Made by a program: the position numbers and the translations under genes
In this document: one piece after another, positions 20,258-30,534 of the stretch
Layout: every line of letters begins with the position of its first letter
Position numbering within the stretch: position 1 is the stretch's first letter
The notes under the pieces: generated by a model
Seen by the model: only the letters and a program-made list of their open reading frames with translations
Databases searched by the model: none
What the model was told of the DNA's origin: nothing
NCBI GenBank assembly: GCA_963662665.2
Contig: CAXXJS010000019.1
Coordinates: forward strand, 23,450-87,449
Reading direction: 5' to 3'
Source of the DNA: Candidatus Latescibacterota bacterium
GTDB lineage: Bacteria > Latescibacterota > UBA2968 > GCA-2709665
DNA length: 64,000 nt

Positions 20258-21100
20258 GTGTCCGACGAGGAAATGCGTACAGTCCCAGGTTTTCTGGTGG
20301 AGATGAAGAGGAGGGGCGAACCGATCGCCATGCTGACGTGCTACGATTTTCCAACCGCCATCCTGCAGGATGCATCCGAAGTGGATGTCATCCTTGTCGG
20401 CGATTCGTTGGGGATCAATGTACTGGGTTACGAGAGTCCCCAACAGGTTACCATGGCGGATATGCTTCACCATACCCGCGCGGTAAAACGAGGCGTTCAG
20501 AGGGCAATCCTGTTGGCGGATCTGCCTTACCGGTCCTATGAGACAGATTCCCAGGCCGTCAGCAACGCCCGGCTGATGGAGGACGCGGGGGCCGATATGG
20601 TAAAACTCGAAGGCGCCGAGGACGTGGCCGGACGGATCGCGGCGATTACGGCCGAAGGCATTCCGGTGGTCGGCCACGTAGGCCATTTGCCTCAGACCTG
20701 GAAGGGAAACCGGCATGTCTACGGAGACCGTGCGGACGAGGCAGCGCTTGTCCTCGAGGGCGCGCTCGCCCTCGAGGCCGCTGGCGCGGTCGCCGTGGTG
20801 CTGGAATGTGTTCCCGAGCAGGTGGCCGGCGTTGTTTCGCGCGCATTAAACATTCCCACGATTGGTATCGGATCGGGTCGACGGTGCGACGGGCAGGTAC
20901 TCGTGGCGCCGGATCTGCTGGGCCTGAATGACTTATCATTCCGCTATTCCAAACGGTACGCGGAACTGGGAAGCGCCATTCGCAAGGCCTTTTCTACGTA
21001 CGTCGAGGATGTAAAGGCGAAGCGGTATCCTGCCGGGGAGCATCGTTATCGAATCAGGAACGAAGAGTTGCGGAAGTTCAAGGCCCTCGCGGAGGACTGA
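20258..21100 (+). CDS. panB: 3-methyl-2-oxobutanoate hydroxymethyltransferase
   Basis: MLTCYD, LVGDSLG, VKLEG, PTIGIGSG..CDGQVLV. Confidence 0.95.
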   Translation: MSDEEMRTVPGFLVEMKRRGEPIAMLTCYDFPTAILQDASEVDVILVGDSLGINVLGYESPQQVTMADMLHHTRAVKRGVQRAILLADLPYRSYETDSQAVSNARLMEDAGADMVKLEGAEDVAGRIAAITAEGIPVVGHVGHLPQTWKGNRHVYGDRADEAALVLEGALALEAAGAVAVVLECVPEQVAGVVSRALNIPTIGIGSGRRCDGQVLVAPDLLGLNDLSFRYSKRYAELGSAIRKAFSTYVEDVKAKRYPAGEHRYRIRNEELRKFKALAED

Positions 21101-21190
21101 ACACATCGTCCATGCATTCAGCGACAATCCGGCGGGGCGGGGATCTCTCGCACCGCCATTTATTTTTCCGTGAAAGGCAGGCGGCGGAGC

Positions 21191-22048
21191 ATGGGAACGG
21201 TCGGGGTCATACGGACGGTGGTGGAAATGCACGGCGTTGCAGACGAGATGCGGCGCGAAGGTTTGCGGATCGGGCTGGTTCCGACCATGGGCTATCTGCA
21301 CGCTGGTCACTCGAGTCTGATACGCCAGGTACGGAGGATGTCCGACCGGACGGTCGTCAGTATATTCGTCAATCCGGAGCAATTCGGTCCGGATGAGGAT
21401 TTCGCGACCTATCCGCGCGATTTCGAACGAGACCGGGAAATCGTGAGGGGAGAGGGCGGCGACCTGATCTTCGCGCCTTTTCCGGATGAGATGTACCCTG
21501 ACGGTTATGCGTCGTACGTCGAGACGGAACGGCTGGCGGACCACCTGTGCGGGGCATCACGACCGGGTCATTTCAGGGGTGTGGCCACTGTGGTGACGAA
21601 GCTCTTCGCGGCCGTCAAACCGCACGTGGCCATATTCGGACAGAAAGACGCCCAGCAGGCAGGCGTCGTCCGCCGGCTGGTGAGGGATCTGAATCTCGAC
21701 GTGGACGTCCTGATAGCGCCGACGGTGAGAGAGGCGGACGGGTTGGCCAGAAGCTCCCGGAACGTCTACCTGACGCCCTGCCATCGCCTCTGCGCCACGG
21801 TGCTTTACACGGCCCTGCAGGAAGGAAGGGATATGGCGCTGGCGGGCGAACGGCGCGCGTCCGTGGTCGTTGACGCCATGTCCCGCCGAATACGCCGGAG
21901 AACGGGCGCGGAGGTCCATTACGTCGCGGCGGTCGACGCCGAGGATTTTCAGCCCGTAGTCAGGATGGAAGGCAGGATACTTCTGGCGGTGGCCGTGCGG
22001 TTCGGTCAATCCCGACTCATCGACAATATCGTAGTGGAAACCGAATGA
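21191..22048 (+). CDS. panC: pantoate--beta-alanine ligase
   Basis: VPTMGYLHAGH, IFVNPEQF, RPGHFRGV, FGQKDAQQ, SSRN, RLIDN. Confidence 0.95.
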   Translation: MGTVGVIRTVVEMHGVADEMRREGLRIGLVPTMGYLHAGHSSLIRQVRRMSDRTVVSIFVNPEQFGPDEDFATYPRDFERDREIVRGEGGDLIFAPFPDEMYPDGYASYVETERLADHLCGASRPGHFRGVATVVTKLFAAVKPHVAIFGQKDAQQAGVVRRLVRDLNLDVDVLIAPTVREADGLARSSRNVYLTPCHRLCATVLYTALQEGRDMALAGERRASVVVDAMSRRIRRRTGAEVHYVAAVDAEDFQPVVRMEGRILLAVAVRFGQSRLIDNIVVETE

Positions 22049-22112
22049 ACGGCGGTACGTGAAATAAGATAAGTGTAAGTTTTTGTTATAAGTAAGTGGG
22101 GATGGAAATCGC

Positions 22113-22141
22113 TTGACCTTGCGCCTGGAGTTCGTTATATT
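22113..22141 (+). promoter_or_regulatory. sigma-70 promoter for sod
   Basis: TTGACC-17 nt-TATATT. Confidence 0.6.
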
Positions 22142-22212
22142 TTGTCCCCAATCATTACGATTGTATAGTCTGGATCCTTCGTCCATCCTCATTCAACTAA
22201 GGAGTGTACTCA

Positions 22213-22827
22213 ATGGCCTATTCACTGCCCGATCTGCCGTACGGTTATGATGCGCTGGAACCTCATATCGACGCCCGGACAATGGAGATTCACCACAGCA
22301 GGCATCATAACACCTATATCACGAATTTGAATAACGCACTCGAGGGGCACGCCGGTCTGGCCGACCAGAGCGTTGAAGATCTCGTCGGCAATCTTGACAG
22401 TGTTCCGGAGGCCATTCGAACGGCGGTCCGGAACAATGGCGGCGGTCACGCCAATCACAGTCTTTTCTGGACGGTGATGTCGCCCGGTGGCGGCGGAGAC
22501 CCCTCCGGAGACCTGGCTGACGCGATCAACGACGCGTTTGGAAGCCTCGATGGGGCGCGCGATCAGTTCGCCCAGGCGGCTACCACCCGTTTCGGCAGCG
22601 GATGGGCCTGGGTGGTCGTGAATGACGGTAAACTGGAAATCCTCAGCACCGCGAACCAGGACAGCCCGCTGATGACCGGAGAAGGGACGCCCATACTCGG
22701 GCTGGACGTCTGGGAGCACGCCTACTATCTGAATTATCAGAACCGGCGCCCCGATTATATCGAGGCGTGGGGCAACGTTATCAACTGGGACGCCGTTGCC
22801 GCCCGATTCGCGGACGCGACTTCCTAG
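22213..22827 (+). CDS. sodA: Mn-type (Fe/Mn family) superoxide dismutase
   Basis: [27 protein letters not shown]. Confidence 0.93.
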   Translation: MAYSLPDLPYGYDALEPHIDARTMEIHHSRHHNTYITNLNNALEGHAGLADQSVEDLVGNLDSVPEAIRTAVRNNGGGHANHSLFWTVMSPGGGGDPSGDLADAINDAFGSLDGARDQFAQAATTRFGSGWAWVVVNDGKLEILSTANQDSPLMTGEGTPILGLDVWEHAYYLNYQNRRPDYIEAWGNVINWDAVAARFADATS

Positions 22828-23090
22828 TGTCCTTTCCCAAAAATACCTTACCATTCTTCCGCAGATTCATCCCGTCTCGCTGCGTTGCCATCGCTCGCCG
22901 ACCGTGGCAGGTCGCCTGCGCTTTGGCGCCATGCGTGCCGGGCGACTCTGCGGCCGAATTCAGGCAACTTATTTCCGGGACAGAACACTAGCACGTTTCA
23001 CCGGAACCAGGCGCCGGGTTCAAGTTTACAGGTGCGGTCGTACCTGGTATCAAGGGCCGGAATTCCGGATTTTCACGAAAGGATCATCCG

Positions 23091-23567
23091 ATGGGGCTGA
23101 ATGTAGGCGATCAGGCGCCGGACTTCACGTTGAAGAGCAAACGCGGCGACCTGGAAGATGTTACGTTGAGCAGTTTCAGGGGAAACAAGAACGTCGTGTT
23201 GCTGTTTTTTCCATTGGCGTATACTTCGGTATGTACAGACGAAATGTGTTCGGTGAGCGGAGGTCTGTCGGATTACGATGACCTCACTGCGCAGGTGCTG
23301 GGCATTAGCGTGGACAGCCCGTTCGCGCAGGAGGCCTGGGCGGACCAGAACAACCTGTCTTTTCAACTGCTGAGCGATTTCAACAAAGAGGTGAGTGCCG
23401 CCTATGGAGCTCAATATCAGGACTTATTGGGTTTCAAGGGTGTCGCGAAACGCGCGGCGTTCGTTGTAGACAGAGAAGGGATTATCCGGTACGCGGAAGT
23501 ATCGGAAGACGCTACCGTATTGCCTGACTTCGACGCTGTAAAACGCTGTCTTTCGACAATCGGCTGA
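23091..23567 (+). CDS. peroxiredoxin (AhpC/TSA family, AhpE-like)
   Basis: [11 protein letters not shown] (PxxxTxxC), ISVDS, LLSDF. Confidence 0.88.
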   Translation: MGLNVGDQAPDFTLKSKRGDLEDVTLSSFRGNKNVVLLFFPLAYTSVCTDEMCSVSGGLSDYDDLTAQVLGISVDSPFAQEAWADQNNLSFQLLSDFNKEVSAAYGAQYQDLLGFKGVAKRAAFVVDREGIIRYAEVSEDATVLPDFDAVKRCLSTIG

Positions 23568-23607
23568 ACGGAGGCCCATACAGGTCTTCCGGAAGATTGA
23601 GGGCACA

Positions 23608-23931
23608 ATGGTTACGGTTACCGAGGCTGCGGCGATAAAGATCAGAGACCTGCTGGAACGTGAAGGCGTTCCAGAGTCCGGTCTCCGCATGAAGGTGGTC
23701 GGAGGCGGATGTTCCGGGTTGCAGTACCAGTTGGGATTCGAAGGCGGTCCCCGCGAAGATGACGACACCATCGAATGCAACGGCGTCAGGGTATTTGTGG
23801 ACATGAAGAGTGCGCTCTATCTCGCGGGGTCCGAACTGGATTACGACGATGGGCTGATGGGCGCGGGCTTCCGGGTAGTGAATCCCAATGCCACGAATCA
23901 GTGTGGCTGTGGGGAGTCATTTGGTGTATAA
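23608..23931 (+). CDS. A-type Fe-S carrier (IscA/ErpA/HesB family)
   Basis: GGGCSG and NPNA...CGCGESF. Confidence 0.93.
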   Translation: MVTVTEAAAIKIRDLLEREGVPESGLRMKVVGGGCSGLQYQLGFEGGPREDDDTIECNGVRVFVDMKSALYLAGSELDYDDGLMGAGFRVVNPNATNQCGCGESFGV

Positions 23932-23933
23932 TC

Positions 23934-23973
23934 AAACAAACCGGCTTGTTTTGCTGCAGCGGTCGGTTTGTTT
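23934..23973 (+). terminator. hairpin after the iscA-like gene
   Basis: AAACAAACCGGC...GTCGGTTTGTTT inverted repeat. Confidence 0.55.
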
Positions 23974-24236
23974 CAGGATAACGGGAGGGAGGGGTCCGGG
24001 TCGGATGCCTCCCTTTGTTGTCCGATCGACCAGTTGAACCGGAGCGCTATGTTGTTTTTGTTGCACATTGCAAGCCTGCTCCCGTACGGGTGCCGGCAGC
24101 AATTGGCTCTAATTCGGAATTCCGGAGAACCGGCGTCGCATTGCCGCGAGGTGCAAGAGCGACAATTCCCTGTGGGGCCAAATGTGCGTAAATCGAACGA
24201 CCTGGATCTGGATTTTTTCGAACACGGGAGGCTTCA

Positions 24237-26036
24237 ATGGCGCTGGATGCATACTCAGTTTGTCTTGCCATTGCATGCGCGTTTCTCCTCTTCGCTGCCG
24301 GGTGGTTATTGTGCGCGAGGCTCAAAGCCCGCAAGATTCAGGAAATTGAACACCACACCGAGCGTCGGATTTCAAAAATGGTTGAGAAGGCGGGCCGGGA
24401 GCGCAGAGCGATATTTCTCGAAGAGAAGAACAAGTGGTACGACGCCAAGACGACGTTCGAGCGGGAACTGGATAGCAAGAAGCGCGAAATGGAGCGGCGG
24501 GATGAGGAACTCGATGAAAAAGTAAACGGCATACAGGAGAAGCACGAAAACCTCAAACAGCGAAACAAGGAACTGAATCGCTGGGAGCGGGACGTCCGGC
24601 AGCGCGCGGTACGTCTGGATCAGAATCAGCAGGAACTCGAACAGGTGCTGTCCGAGCAGCGCGCCCAACTGGAACGCATATCCGGCATGAATGTGGATCG
24701 TGCCCGGGAAATGCTTCTGGAAAATATCGAGACCGATCTCCGGCATACGGCAACCGCGATGGGTATGGAGATCATAGACCAGGCCAGGGAGCGGTCCGAA
24801 CGGGAGTCGAAAAAGATCATTGCTCAGGCGATCGAGCGTTGTTCAACGGATCAGACCGTACAATCTTCAATTTCGGTGGTGGCGCTGCCCGACGATGATA
24901 TCAAGGGCCGGATCGTGGGCAAAGAGGGGCGGAATATAATCTCATTCGAGGCTGCGACCGGTGTTAAAGTGATCGTCAACGATACGCCGGAAGCCGTTGT
25001 GCTCTCCAGCTTCGATCCGGTAAAGCGGGATGTGGCCAGGTTGGCAATGGAGCAGTTGGTCAAGGAGGGACGAATCAATCCCGGCAGGGTGGAAGAGGTC
25101 GTGGCCGATTGTGAGAATCGTATCGAGGCCCTTGTCGAAGAGGAGGGCCGGCGTGCGGTCAAAGAAGTGGGTATCGACAATATGCGCCCGGAGCTGATCA
25201 CGACGTTGGGACGCCTGAAGTATCGCACCAGTTACGGGCAAAGCGTGTTGGGACATTCCAAGGAGGTTGCGTTCCTGGCAGGCGCAATGGCCGCGGAACT
25301 GCGGATGGACGAAATGTTGGCGCGGCGGGCCGGATTGCTGCACGACATCGGTAAGGCGGTCGATCAGGAACAGGAAGGGACGCACACCGACATCGGCGTG
25401 GCTATGGTGCGCCAGCACGGTGAAGGACCCGAGGTGGGCAATGCGATACTCTATCACCATGGCGACGCCGAAGCCAGTTCTCCAATTTCCTTCCTGGTGA
25501 AGGCTGCGGACGCCATTTCGTCCTCCCGTCCGGGCGCCCGCAGGGACGACGCGGAAGGGTATGTTCGAAGGGTGCGCGATCTGGAGGATATCGCGAGGGG
25601 CTTTCATGGGGTACGCGACGCATATGCCATCAATGCCGGCAGGGAAATACGGGTGATGGTGAATGCGGGCCGGGTGGACGATGAACGCGCCAGGAGCCTG
25701 TCATTCGAAATTGCACAGCGCATCCGGGAGGGAATGACTTATCCCGGCGAGATTCAAGTTACAATTATAAGACAGACAGTCGCTACCCAGTGGGCGGGAC
25801 GTTCCAATAAACGGCGGAAAGGCAGATCCCGAAACAGGAGAGGAGAACGTCGACATGAAAAAGGTCGGTCACGAAATGACACTGACCGAAAAAATGTACC
25901 TTCCGGCAATCACGAAGGGTCTGTCTCTGACCTTCAGGCATCTGCTCGGCAAGAAGATCACGATGCAGTATCCGGAAGAAACATGGACAAAACCCAGCGG
26001 GTACCGAGGGCTGCACAAGCTAACGAAGGACGATAG
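24237..26036 (+). CDS. rny: ribonuclease Y (C-terminus abnormally extended)
   Basis: N-terminal TM, coiled coil, KH KGRIVGKEGRNI, RTSYGQ, LLHDIGK, AADAIS.SRPGAR, GREIRV, YPGEI. Confidence 0.93.
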   Translation: MALDAYSVCLAIACAFLLFAAGWLLCARLKARKIQEIEHHTERRISKMVEKAGRERRAIFLEEKNKWYDAKTTFERELDSKKREMERRDEELDEKVNGIQEKHENLKQRNKELNRWERDVRQRAVRLDQNQQELEQVLSEQRAQLERISGMNVDRAREMLLENIETDLRHTATAMGMEIIDQARERSERESKKIIAQAIERCSTDQTVQSSISVVALPDDDIKGRIVGKEGRNIISFEAATGVKVIVNDTPEAVVLSSFDPVKRDVARLAMEQLVKEGRINPGRVEEVVADCENRIEALVEEEGRRAVKEVGIDNMRPELITTLGRLKYRTSYGQSVLGHSKEVAFLAGAMAAELRMDEMLARRAGLLHDIGKAVDQEQEGTHTDIGVAMVRQHGEGPEVGNAILYHHGDAEASSPISFLVKAADAISSSRPGARRDDAEGYVRRVRDLEDIARGFHGVRDAYAINAGREIRVMVNAGRVDDERARSLSFEIAQRIREGMTYPGEIQVTIIRQTVATQWAGRSNKRRKGRSRNRRGERRHEKGRSRNDTDRKNVPSGNHEGSVSDLQASARQEDHDAVSGRNMDKTQRVPRAAQANEGR

Positions 26037-26352
26037 GGGTCGTCCGAAATGCGTCGCATGCTACATGTGCGCCACGGCCTGTCCGGCGAAATGCATCGTC
26101 ATCGAGGCCGAGGAAGCGCCGTGGGAGGATCGGGAGAAACAACCCAGGCGGTTCGATATCGATATGCTGCGGTGCATTTTCTGCGGCATGTGCGTCGAGG
26201 CCTGTCCCGAAGACGCGATCGTAATGACAGAGCGGACCGAACTTGCAGCGGAGAGCCGCGCTGAACTGATCTATACCAAAGAACAGCTGCTGGCCGTGGA
26301 AGACCGGGTGACGCTTACGCCGCCTCGAAGGCCGCTTGAAAACACACGATGA
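25855..26352 (+). CDS. nuoI: NADH-quinone oxidoreductase subunit I-like protein
   Basis: TMQYPEE, YRGLH, two 4Fe-4S motifs CVACYMCATACP and CIFCGMCVEACP. Confidence 0.9.
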   Translation: MKKVGHEMTLTEKMYLPAITKGLSLTFRHLLGKKITMQYPEETWTKPSGYRGLHKLTKDDRGRPKCVACYMCATACPAKCIVIEAEEAPWEDREKQPRRFDIDMLRCIFCGMCVEACPEDAIVMTERTELAAESRAELIYTKEQLLAVEDRVTLTPPRRPLENTR

Positions 26353-26373
26353 GCCGACGGGTGGTTGGGCCCC

Positions 26374-26754
26374 ATGGCTGAGATCTATAGCGAAATTGCC
26401 CTCGATCATTTCAAGAATCCGCGCAATTCCGGCACCATGCACGATGCGGACGCCGTCGGCTCCGTCGAGAATCCGGCATCGGGAGCGGTGGTTTCGCTTC
26501 AATTGAAAATCGTCGATGAGCGGATTGTCGGGGCGGTGTTTCAGGCCCAGGGTTGTACGGCCACCATCGCCGCCGCGTCCGTATTAACGGAAATGGTGGC
26601 GGGCCTGTCGGTTTCGGCAGCGGAGGCGATCAACCGGGCGGACGTGGAGGCCGGGTTGGGCGGGCTGCCGCCAACAAGAAAACATGCGGCCGCGCTGGCC
26701 AGCGATGCGGTCAGGGCGGCAGTTGCGGATTTCAGAGCCCGGGTGAGGGCCTGA
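26374..26754 (+). CDS. IscU/NifU-N scaffold-like protein with only one Cys
   Basis: YSE..LDHFKNPRNSG, F.AQGC.ATIAAAS, LGGLPP..KH. Confidence 0.8.
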   Translation: MAEIYSEIALDHFKNPRNSGTMHDADAVGSVENPASGAVVSLQLKIVDERIVGAVFQAQGCTATIAAASVLTEMVAGLSVSAAEAINRADVEAGLGGLPPTRKHAAALASDAVRAAVADFRARVRA

Positions 26755-26777
26755 TGGCGTTGATGTTGTTGAACAGT

Positions 26778-26810
26778 AAAGGACAGGGTACGTCCGTTCC
26801 CTGTCCTTTT
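26778..26810 (+). terminator. intrinsic terminator
   Basis: AAAGGACAGGG-loop-CCCTGTCCTTTT. Confidence 0.75.
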
Positions 26811-26833
26811 GGGCGTATTTGGCGGCCATAGCG

Positions 26834-28078
26834 ATGGATCCTGAAGCCGAAAAGCGCAAATTGACCGCGCAAATCAAGCGCAAGGCGGGGGGGATGGGTT
26901 TCAATCCCGTCGGGTTTGCGCCCGCGGGGCCGCCGGAGCACCTGGGATTTTACCTGGACTGGCTGGCGCGGGGGTATGCAGGCCAGATGGCTTATCTTGG
27001 CCGGAATCTCGAACGCAGGTCGGATCCGAGGCAGGTACTCCCGGGCGCCAGAACGGTCCTGTGTGTGGGGATGAATTACAATCAGGGGGCTGGCACGCCC
27101 CGTGCGGACGGGGTGCCGCGGGGAAAGGTCTCCCGGTATGCCAGGGGCGACGACTATCACGACCTGATGAACGACCGCCTGAAGCGTCTGCTGGCGTGGA
27201 TCCAACGTCTGCGGCCGGAGGTGAACGGACGGGTATACGTGGATACCGGGCCTGTGCTGGAACGTGATTTCGCCGCCCTGGCCGGTCTTGGGTGGTTCGG
27301 CAAACACACAAACCTTATCAATAAGCGCAGAGGGTCGTGGTTTTTCCTCGGAGAAATTCTGCTGACGATACCCCTGGTCTACGACCGTCCCGTTGCCGAC
27401 CATTGCGGGTCCTGCACGCTGTGTATGGATGCCTGTCCGACCGAAGCGATTCCACAGCCATACGTGCTGGATTCCAATCGTTGTATCTCGTACCTGACGA
27501 TTGAGTTGAAAGGCGCGATTCCCAGGCCTTACCGGGAAAAAATCGGTGATTGGGTATACGGATGCGATATATGCCAGGAGGTCTGCCCGTGGAACCTGAA
27601 ACATGCCAGGCCGACCGACGAGCCGACGCTGAAGGCCCGCGACGGCATGGACGGGCCCGACCTCTCCCGATTACTGGCCATGGACCAGCCGACATTCAGC
27701 CGGAGGTTTCGCGGAAGCCCCATAAAACGCGCCAAGCGGCGCGGGATGTTGCGGAACGCAGCCGTGGCTCTGGGCAATAGCGGTACGGCGGCAGATATTC
27801 CCGCTCTATCGGCCGCGCTAACCGATCATGAACCCCTTGTCCGCGGTCATGCGGCCTGGGCGCTGGGCCGCATCGGCGGGCCGGATGCGCGTCGAGTGCT
27901 TTCGGTAGCCCTTGGTACCGAGACGGACGCCGACGTCATCGAGGAAATCGGCCTGGCGATAAACGAGATCGACTCCGGGCGCGATTCGAGACCGTTCCGC
28001 GAAGTGAAGCGGAAATCTCTAAAATCACCGAAGACCGACACTCATTCTGGAGAACCGCATGCGGCTTCTGGAAATTGA
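26834..28078 (+). CDS. queG: tRNA epoxyqueuosine reductase with HEAT-like tail
   Basis: SRYARG.DYH, YVDTGPVLER, CGSCTLCMDACPT, CISYLTIE, GCDICQEVCPWN. Confidence 0.95.
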   Translation: MDPEAEKRKLTAQIKRKAGGMGFNPVGFAPAGPPEHLGFYLDWLARGYAGQMAYLGRNLERRSDPRQVLPGARTVLCVGMNYNQGAGTPRADGVPRGKVSRYARGDDYHDLMNDRLKRLLAWIQRLRPEVNGRVYVDTGPVLERDFAALAGLGWFGKHTNLINKRRGSWFFLGEILLTIPLVYDRPVADHCGSCTLCMDACPTEAIPQPYVLDSNRCISYLTIELKGAIPRPYREKIGDWVYGCDICQEVCPWNLKHARPTDEPTLKARDGMDGPDLSRLLAMDQPTFSRRFRGSPIKRAKRRGMLRNAAVALGNSGTAADIPALSAALTDHEPLVRGHAAWALGRIGGPDARRVLSVALGTETDADVIEEIGLAINEIDSGRDSRPFREVKRKSLKSPKTDTHSGEPHAASGN

Positions 28079-29435
28079 ACGACAGTCGGGCATTTCCGTT
28101 ACGGATGAAGTGAACCTGCCCGTTTCCGGCGCAGCGCGCAAGGTCTATATAGAAACCTATGGCTGCCAGATGAACGTATCGGATACCGAACTTATGATGG
28201 GTGTACTTAATAAAGCCGGATTCCGTCGGGCACGCGGCTTCGATGACGCGGACGTGGTGCTGTTGAACACGTGCGCCATTCGAGAGCGGGCCGAGGAGCG
28301 GGTGGTGGGCCGACTTTCTCAGCTGAGCCATGCGAAGCGGGCCCGCCCCGACCTCGTACTCGGCGTGAGCGGATGCATGGCCAAGCACCTTTCCGAGCAA
28401 CTTCTGAACGAGTTGCCGTACGTCGATCTCGTGGTCGGCCCCGATTCCTATCGTCGCCTGCCCGAACTGATCGAAGAGGCGGCCGGAAATCCCGCACTGG
28501 ACGTACGGCTCGACCGTCACGAGGATTATCTGGAACTCGATCCCGTTCGGCAGGAAGGTACAAACGCCTGGATTACAATTATGCGCGGCTGCGACAAGTT
28601 CTGCACTTTTTGCATTGTCCCCTACGTGCGGGGTCGGGAGCGGAGTGTTCCCGCCGGCAACCTGTTGCGGCAGGTCCGGATGGCTGCGTCGGAAGGATTC
28701 CGGGAGGTGACCCTGCTAGGGCAGACGGTGAATTCCTACTGCGACGGAAAAGCGGATTTCGCAGATCTCCTGAAGATGGTGGCAGGCGTGGACGGTATAC
28801 GGCGGATTCGCTTCACGTCGCCGCATCCCAGCGATTTCTCGGAGAAACTGATCGGTACAATGGCGGAAGAGCGCAAGATCTGCCGTTTCATTCATCTGCC
28901 GGTGCAGTCCGGTTCAGACGCGGTCTTGAAGTCCATGAAGCGAACCTATTCCGCGGAACAGTACCTGAACCTGGTCGCGCGCCTGCGAATGGCCCTGCCG
29001 GGGCTTTGTCTCTCCACGGATGTCATCGTGGGTTTCCCGGGAGAGACACAGTCCGATTTCGAGTTGACATTGAAGCTTATGCGGCACGTCCGGTACGATT
29101 CCGCGTTTATGTTCAAATACTCGCCCAGAAAGGGTACCGTAGCCTACCGGGAGATTCCCGATACGGTTTCGGAAACCGAAAAGGCACGGCGTCTCGAGTC
29201 CGTAATTGTCCAGCAGACGAAAATATCGGGCGAGATCAACCGGGGCTACGTCGGACGGTTGCAGGAGGTGCTTGTGGAGGGCGACGCGAGGCGGGGACAA
29301 GGACAGGCTATAGGAAAATCGGACGGATTCAAAACCGTCGTGTTTCCGAGGAACGGAGTCAGAACCAATGCATTCGTTAACGTCCGAATCACGGATGCAA
29401 CGTCACACACGTTGCTAGGTCAATCGGTATACTGA
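28059..29435 (+). CDS. miaB: tRNA methylthiotransferase MiaB
   Basis: TYGCQMN, NTCAIRE.AE, GCDKFCTFCIVP..RG.ERS, IRFTSPHP, TRAM tail. Confidence 0.95.
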   Translation: MRLLEIERQSGISVTDEVNLPVSGAARKVYIETYGCQMNVSDTELMMGVLNKAGFRRARGFDDADVVLLNTCAIRERAEERVVGRLSQLSHAKRARPDLVLGVSGCMAKHLSEQLLNELPYVDLVVGPDSYRRLPELIEEAAGNPALDVRLDRHEDYLELDPVRQEGTNAWITIMRGCDKFCTFCIVPYVRGRERSVPAGNLLRQVRMAASEGFREVTLLGQTVNSYCDGKADFADLLKMVAGVDGIRRIRFTSPHPSDFSEKLIGTMAEERKICRFIHLPVQSGSDAVLKSMKRTYSAEQYLNLVARLRMALPGLCLSTDVIVGFPGETQSDFELTLKLMRHVRYDSAFMFKYSPRKGTVAYREIPDTVSETEKARRLESVIVQQTKISGEINRGYVGRLQEVLVEGDARRGQGQAIGKSDGFKTVVFPRNGVRTNAFVNVRITDATSHTLLGQSVY

Positions 29436-29482
29436 GCGGTTGTGCGCGACTTTACAAGAGATCGTGCGTCGGCAGGCCTTAT

Positions 29483-29640
29483 CAACCCGAGAAAAAAGTC
29501 CATCCGGGCTGCGTCCGGCCCTTGTGGCCGAATTACCGCGATGCGCTCCCCCCCGAATCCCCGATTCGACGTGGTCGCGCGCCTTGTCTTCGGCCACAAT
29601 GACACGGCCTCGCCTGCAGAGCGACTTTCTCGACGGACTG
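29483..29640. mobile_element. MITE copy 2 (158 bp)
   Basis: Degenerate terminal inverted repeats; exact TTAT direct repeat on both flanks. Confidence 0.8.
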
Positions 29641-29642
29641 TT

Positions 29643-30530
29643 ATGGTGTTACAAATCGAAAACCAGAACCCGAAGAAAAACCGGCGGTTGCCGGACTGGT
29701 TCCGGGTACCCGCGCCCGGAAATGCCGCGTACCGGGAATTGAAACGCCTCCTGCGGCAACTGGATCTGCACACCGTTTGCGAGAGCGCCAGGTGTCCGAA
29801 TATTGGAGAATGCTGGCAGGCCGGCACGGCCACGTTCATGATTCTGGGAGACATCTGTACCCGAAGTTGCGGGTTTTGCGCGGTCAAGACCGGGAGGCCC
29901 GAAGGCCTCGACGTGGACGAGCCCGGCCGGGTCGCCGAGGCCGTCCGGCGGCTGGGGCTGGGACACGCCGTTGTGACATCTGTGAACCGGGACGAGTTGC
30001 CGGATGGTGGAGCGTCGATATTTGCAGCCACTATCCGGACGATCAGGAGGCTGAGTCCGGAGACCCGGGTGGAAGTGTTGATTCCCGATTTTCGCGGAAA
30101 CTGGCGGGCGTTGCAGACGGTGATGTCCGCCTGTCCGGACATTCTGAACCACAACGTGGAAACGCCGCCACGGCTGTATCGCCTGATGCGTCCCCAGGCG
30201 AATTATGCGCAGTCACTGGAATTGCTGCGCAGAGCAGGGATGGCCAGCACCGGCATCACAACGAAGTCCGGCATAATGGTTGGCGCGGGCGAGACCCTGG
30301 AAGAGGTTTACCAGACCATCGGCGACATTGCCCAACAGGGAACTGACATTCTCACGGTTGGTCAGTATCTGCAGCCATCGCCGGCCCACGTTTCCATTGC
30401 CAGATTCTACCATCCGGAAGAATTCGAAAAAATCCGGATCTTCGCGGAAATGCGCGGATTCCGTCACGTGGAGTCGGGTCCGCTGGTACGGAGTTCCTAC
30501 CACGCCGCAAACCACGTGGTTGCAAGGTGA
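29643..30530 (+). CDS. lipA: lipoyl synthase
   Basis: [32 protein letters not shown]. Confidence 0.95.
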   Translation: MVLQIENQNPKKNRRLPDWFRVPAPGNAAYRELKRLLRQLDLHTVCESARCPNIGECWQAGTATFMILGDICTRSCGFCAVKTGRPEGLDVDEPGRVAEAVRRLGLGHAVVTSVNRDELPDGGASIFAATIRTIRRLSPETRVEVLIPDFRGNWRALQTVMSACPDILNHNVETPPRLYRLMRPQANYAQSLELLRRAGMASTGITTKSGIMVGAGETLEEVYQTIGDIAQQGTDILTVGQYLQPSPAHVSIARFYHPEEFEKIRIFAEMRGFRHVESGPLVRSSYHAANHVVAR

Positions 30531-30534
30531 GACC

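Noticed and set aside
23974-24236. Possible 6S RNA or other ncRNA upstream of rny
   Set aside because: Only a local hairpin is visible; no long rod with central bubble could be supported
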